DNA from: a virus
Taxonomy: Duplodnaviria > Heunggongvirae > Uroviricota > Caudoviricetes
Direction: 5' to 3' (one strand)
Length of the DNA stretch: 33,080 nt
IMG/VR virus record: IMGVR_UViG_2896601577_000002
Made by a program: the position numbers and the translations under genes. Position 1 is the first letter of the stretch. Every line of letters begins with the position of its first letter. Positions 29,121 to 33,080 of this stretch are shown one piece after another. The notes beneath the pieces were generated by a model, which did not search any database, was not told the DNA's origin, and was given only the letters and a program-made list of their open reading frames with translations.

Positions 29121-29188
29121 GTTCACAGATAAAACACTCTCCAGGAAACCCGGGGCGGTTCAAAGACTTATTCTTATCTGTGCCGGGA

Positions 29189-29521
29189 ATGAAAATGAAA
29201 AGAAACCTTCCGTTAATTATTTTGTTGTCTTCTCTGGTTATGGGCTGTACGCAACATAAAACAGATATGCCCCGACAGTTGGTTAAGGCATTACCACAAT
29301 ATCCGGCCTATGCAGCGGCAAATTATATAAAGGGACGGGTTGATGTGAGGTTTGATATTGGTGCTGATGGTACTGTCACCCGAATTGAGTTTATTCGTTC
29401 AGAGCCGCACCATCTGTTTGATGAGCAGGTTGTAAAGGCGATGGCAAAATGGCGATTTGAGAAGGACAGGCCGTGTAAAGGCGTGAAGAAAACGTTTATC
29501 TTTAGTCCTTCCGCACCCTGA
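29189..29521 (+). CDS. putative lipoprotein with TonB C-terminal-like domain
   Basis: Signal peptide with lipobox (LVMGC); segment YPAYAAANYIKGRVDVRFDIGADGTVTRIEFIRSEPHHLFDEQVVKAMAKWRF resembles the TonB_C fold. Confidence 0.55.
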   Translation: MKMKRNLPLIILLSSLVMGCTQHKTDMPRQLVKALPQYPAYAAANYIKGRVDVRFDIGADGTVTRIEFIRSEPHHLFDEQVVKAMAKWRFEKDRPCKGVKKTFIFSPSAP

Positions 29522-29652
29522 TTATTTCATCAGAAATTAATTATCACTCTGTTGTTATTCTGTACATCCCGGCAGGGTAAGTCTTGTTCCGTCGGATATG
29601 AAGATGAAATATTGTTGGAGGACAGTGGGTACCTGCTCCTGTAACCGAACGT

Positions 29653-29853
29653 TCATTTCTCGTTATTTGTCATGCTGGCCGGGCGCAGATGCGTTGCATC
29701 TGTTGCCAGCCTTCTCCTGCAGGCTTCAATAACCCACGCTGAAAAGTTTCCTGAACCTTTCAGATCAAGAGCGATGTTAATTTGTTCAATCATCTGGTTT
29801 GGAAATCGGATGTTGCGGGTTGTTGTTCTGCGGGTTCTGTTCTTTGATGACAT
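29653..29853 (-). CDS. hypothetical small basic protein (66 aa)
   Basis: ORF; possible relation to small prophage DUF3950-type proteins is recollection only. Confidence 0.4.
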   Translation of the reverse strand: MSSKNRTRRTTTRNIRFPNQMIEQINIALDLKGSGNFSAWVIEACRRRLATDATHLRPASMTNNEK

Positions 29854-29899
29854 AATGTTTCCCCATATTCAGTGTTGCTGATTTGTATTATCTGAAGTT

Positions 29900-31420
29900 G
29901 CTTTTACGTTAATTTGATGCAGATCAATCAATACGATAGTAAGGCAGTATGACTTTCCGTGAGACAGATGCTGGCCAACGTGGGATATTTAACGCGGGTT
30001 AACATCGTTGTCAGAGCCGCATGGGTGAGCTGTTGCTACACCCCGGTATTTCCACCACGGAGGCCAGCATGAACAACAATAACACATTGTACGTCGGGTT
30101 AGATGTTCACAAAGAATCGATTACTGTCGCTTATGCTATCAATTCAGAACCTGTTGAACTGATGGGTAAAATTGGCACATCACCTACTGATATTCAGAAT
30201 CTTTGTAAACGTCTCAGGTCAAAGTCATCGCAGGTCAGTATCGTTTATGAAGCGGGGCCCTGTGGTTATGGACTTTATCGTCGGCTGGTGAAATCCGGTT
30301 TTGACTGCATGGTCTGCGCCCCCTCACTTATCCCGAAAAAACCGGGGGAGCGGGTTAAAACCGATCGCCGTGATGCCATCAGACTTGTGCGTTCACTGCG
30401 TGCAGGAGATCTTTCTGCTGTCTACGTACCCGGCATTGAAGATGAGGCATTCCGGGATTTGGCCCGGGCATGGGCATCTGCCCGCGATGATTTACGGCAT
30501 GCAAGGCAACGTCTGAAATCGTTTCTTCTGGTTCATGGGGTCCATTATGTCGGGCGAGCAGATTGGGGCCCTGCACACCGACGCTGGCTCAGCAAATACT
30601 CATTCGAAAGTCCCTGGCGACAATTAGCTTTTGACGAACACCGTCGTACAATAGAAGACCGGCAGGCACAATGTGAACGGCTGGAATCCGCCCTGAAGGA
30701 GGCCGTTACCGAATGGAGGCTGTATCCGGTAGTAGAGGCGCTGCAAGCCATGCGAGGGATTCAGTTTATTACTGCGGTTGGATTAATTTCTGAACTGGGT
30801 GATCTGACCCGTTTTGAACATCCACGACAACTGATGTCATGGTTTGGTATCACGCCATCAGAATATTCATCGGGTGGAAGCAGACATCAGGGCAGCATTA
30901 CCAAAGCCGGAAACAGCTATGCCAGAAAGCTATTGGTCGAGGCAGCGTGGAGTTACCGTCATCCGGCACGCATCAGTCCGGCAATACAAAAAAGGCAGGA
31001 AAATTTACCCCGCCCCGTCATTGACAGAGCATGGGATGCTCAACTCAGGCTTTGTAAGAGGTATCGAAAACTTCAGGCCAAAGGAAAGAATGTCAATATT
31101 ACAATTGTTGCTGTTGCACGTGAGCTGGCGGGTTTTATCTGGGATATGGGCCGAATAGCAATGTCTGTCGCACAACAACCACAATGTCACAAATAAAAAT
31201 GAGAATAACCAGTTCCCTGAAGGCGACGTAGCCCGGTACAAGAGTAACCCACGTTAGCGCTTGGCGACGGCGGAACAAAGCTGATTCGCGACGTAAGAAA
31301 GTGGCAGGCTCATATGACGGACCTCTGTAATGCGGTATCCAACCCGCGAATATCAGCGTGATTCACCGTCGGATTTACTGCTACGTCGCCCTCAGGGAAT
31401 TAAACCTAAAAAGAAAATCG
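29900..31420 (+). mobile_element. IS110-family insertion sequence; boundaries cannot be set from sequence alone
   Basis: DEDD-type transposase gene; this family lacks conventional terminal IRs and TSDs. Confidence 0.3.
30069..31196 (+). CDS. IS110-family (DEDD) transposase
   Basis: N-terminal YVGLDVHKESITVAY and KTDRRDA motifs; C-terminal Transposase_20-like region; SD GGAGG. Confidence 0.85.
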   Translation: MNNNNTLYVGLDVHKESITVAYAINSEPVELMGKIGTSPTDIQNLCKRLRSKSSQVSIVYEAGPCGYGLYRRLVKSGFDCMVCAPSLIPKKPGERVKTDRRDAIRLVRSLRAGDLSAVYVPGIEDEAFRDLARAWASARDDLRHARQRLKSFLLVHGVHYVGRADWGPAHRRWLSKYSFESPWRQLAFDEHRRTIEDRQAQCERLESALKEAVTEWRLYPVVEALQAMRGIQFITAVGLISELGDLTRFEHPRQLMSWFGITPSEYSSGGSRHQGSITKAGNSYARKLLVEAAWSYRHPARISPAIQKRQENLPRPVIDRAWDAQLRLCKRYRKLQAKGKNVNITIVAVARELAGFIWDMGRIAMSVAQQPQCHK

Positions 31421-31439
31421 TCAAAATTAGAGATTCCGG

Positions 31440-33080
31440 TTTGACACGGAAAGTCATATCAGCGTCAACGGAGCACCGTATTGACGCTTATTTATTGGTG
31501 AGTGCTACGTTCCATGGCAGGAGTTCGTCAACACGGTTGGAAGGCCATTCCGGCAGTACGCTCAGGATATAGCGCAGATACGCTTCCGGATCGATACCGT
31601 TCAGTCGGCAGGTGCCGATCAGCCCGTACAGTAGCGCACCACGCTCTCCACCGTGATCGCTGCCGAAGAACATAAAGTTTTTCTTTCCGAGACAGACTGC
31701 ACGAAGCGCTCTTTCCGCGGCATTATTATCCGCCTCAGCCAGACCATCATCACTGAAGTTGCACAACGCAACCCAGTGCTTCCTGATATACCGGAACGCA
31801 TCTCTCAGACGGCATTTTTTCGATAACGTGTGTTCTTTCTCCTGCATCAGCTTATACAGGGAAGTCAGTAGCGGTTTACTCTGCATTTGCCTGACCGCCA
31901 GGCGTTCAGACACCGGCAACCCGCGTATTTCGTGCTCGATGGCGTACAGCTCACCGATTAGTTTCAGGGCTTCTTCCGCTGTCGCGCTTTTGGTACTGAT
32001 ATATACATCGTGGACTTTGCGCCGCGCATGAGCCCAGCATCCTGCTTCCGTCAACGCGCCGCCTTCTCGTTCGGCACTGAACAGCCGATCGTAACCATTA
32101 AACGCATCTGCCTGCAGGATACCCCGGAAGGGACTAAGGTGCTGCTCCGGATGTTTACCCTGATGGTCCGGTGAGTAGGCGAACCAGACCGCCGGAGGCT
32201 CTGGCGAACCGGCATTCCTGTCATCCCGGACATACGTCCAGATATATCCTGTTTTCGCCTTCTTCCTGCCCGGTGCCAGCACTTTTACTGGTGTGTCATC
32301 AGTGTGAACTTTGCGGCTGTTCATCACATAACGGTACAGAGCATCATTCAGCGGCGTCATTAACTGGCAGCACGCGTCAACCCAGTTGGAGAGTAATGCA
32401 CGGCTCAGTTCGACACCCTGACGGGCAAAAATTTCACTCTGACGATACAGTGGCAGGTGTTCGCAGTATTTTCCCGTTAACACGCGGGCAAGTAACCCCG
32501 GGCCCGCGATACCACGCTCTATCGGACGGGATGGTGCCGGTGCTTCAACGATGCAGTCACATTTTGTACAGGCTTTTTTTACCCGTTCTGTGCGGATCAC
32601 TTTCAGAGCGCTGCTCACCAGTTCCAGTTGTTCTGCGCTGACTTCCCCCAGATAATCCAGCTCACCGCCACACTCCGGGCAACAGCTTTCTTCTGGCTCC
32701 AGGCGATTTATTTCGCGGGGCAGATGCTCCGGTAACGGGCGACGATGACGAGACTGTCGCAACTGGCGGGGAACCTGCGGATCGTCTTCCCGCCCACTGT
32801 AACGATCACTGTCCTGTTCGCGTTGTTTCAGCAGGGCCTCAGCCTGTTCAACTTCACGACGCAGTTTTTCAGAACGGGTACCGAACAGCATCCGGCGCAG
32901 TTTTTCTATCTGAGCCCGCAGATGTTCTATTTCCCGTTCATCTTCTTCGATCTTTTCTTCGGCGCGGGCCAGTGCAGAGCGCAGGAAGGCCTCCGTCTCT
33001 TCAACCAGACTCAGTTGCTGGTCTTTCTGACGGAGCTGGCATTCCAGTTCTGCAATGCGAATGAGGTATTTTTGATTCAT
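31440..33080 (-). mobile_element. IS66-family element, partial (tnpC end; remainder beyond the right edge)
   Basis: TnpC-like gene followed by an IR-like palindromic sequence TAAGCGTCAATACGGTGCTCCGTTGACGC. Confidence 0.5.
31488..33080 (-). CDS. tnpC: IS66-family transposase TnpC
   Basis: 530-aa product with N-terminal coiled coil, Cys cluster CPECGG...CTKCDC and IS66 TnpC-like core; ATG sits exactly at the window edge. Confidence 0.85.
   Translation of the reverse strand: MNQKYLIRIAELECQLRQKDQQLSLVEETEAFLRSALARAEEKIEEDEREIEHLRAQIEKLRRMLFGTRSEKLRREVEQAEALLKQREQDSDRYSGREDDPQVPRQLRQSRHRRPLPEHLPREINRLEPEESCCPECGGELDYLGEVSAEQLELVSSALKVIRTERVKKACTKCDCIVEAPAPSRPIERGIAGPGLLARVLTGKYCEHLPLYRQSEIFARQGVELSRALLSNWVDACCQLMTPLNDALYRYVMNSRKVHTDDTPVKVLAPGRKKAKTGYIWTYVRDDRNAGSPEPPAVWFAYSPDHQGKHPEQHLSPFRGILQADAFNGYDRLFSAEREGGALTEAGCWAHARRKVHDVYISTKSATAEEALKLIGELYAIEHEIRGLPVSERLAVRQMQSKPLLTSLYKLMQEKEHTLSKKCRLRDAFRYIRKHWVALCNFSDDGLAEADNNAAERALRAVCLGKKNFMFFGSDHGGERGALLYGLIGTCRLNGIDPEAYLRYILSVLPEWPSNRVDELLPWNVALTNK

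Larger units (their letters stand above)
27853..29162 (+). mobile_element. IS629 copy 2, 1310 bp, 3-bp TSD AAG
   Basis: Same termini as copy 1; AAG at 27850-27852 and 29163-29165. Confidence 0.9.

Noticed and set aside
10108-30010. 17-bp near-identical match CGCGG(G)TTAACATCGTTG between the PR region (10108-10124) and the region upstream of the IS110-family transposase (29993-30010)
   Set aside because: A single short match with one indel; it could be chance in 33 kb and I cannot support a functional link without a search of other copies

Overview
This window is a decayed lambdoid (Stx-phage-like) prophage segment of Escherichia/Shigella type, heavily invaded by insertion sequences. All calls rest on reading the sequence and the ORF track plus recalled family knowledge; no database search was run, so IS names and protein families are recollections to be confirmed. 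IS content: IS1 (partial at the left edge, with a 9-bp tandem array inside insB), IS911, IS2 (4-bp deletion in insC), two direct IS629 copies, an IS110-family transposase gene and an IS66-family tnpC at the right edge. Prophage order left to right: early-left genes on the minus strand (Ea22-like paralogs), a two-gene cassette of unknown function, a CI-like repressor, a divergent operator/promoter region, Rha-like regulators, a replication module (initiator, DnaC-like loader, DnaB-like helicase), DUF968, RusA, Q, PR'/tR', a DNA methyltransferase, three tRNAs, a toxin-moron locus with no stx genes, nanS-p, and a pinholin S / SAR-endolysin R / Rz-Rz1 lysis cassette with extra small ORFs. Several core genes carry frameshifts or in-frame TGA stops (helicase, DUF968, Q, methyltransferase, nanS-p::IS629), so the prophage is probably cryptic. 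I cannot assert a new biological system from sequence alone. The strongest candidates are the cassette downstream of cI (8289-9286), the extra ORFs inside the lysis cassette (25406-26819), the AT-rich ORF plus GC-rich hairpins at the stx position (20493-21337), and an 18-bp inverted repeat beside the IS110-family transposase gene (31215-31397). No CRISPR array, integrase or rRNA was seen.
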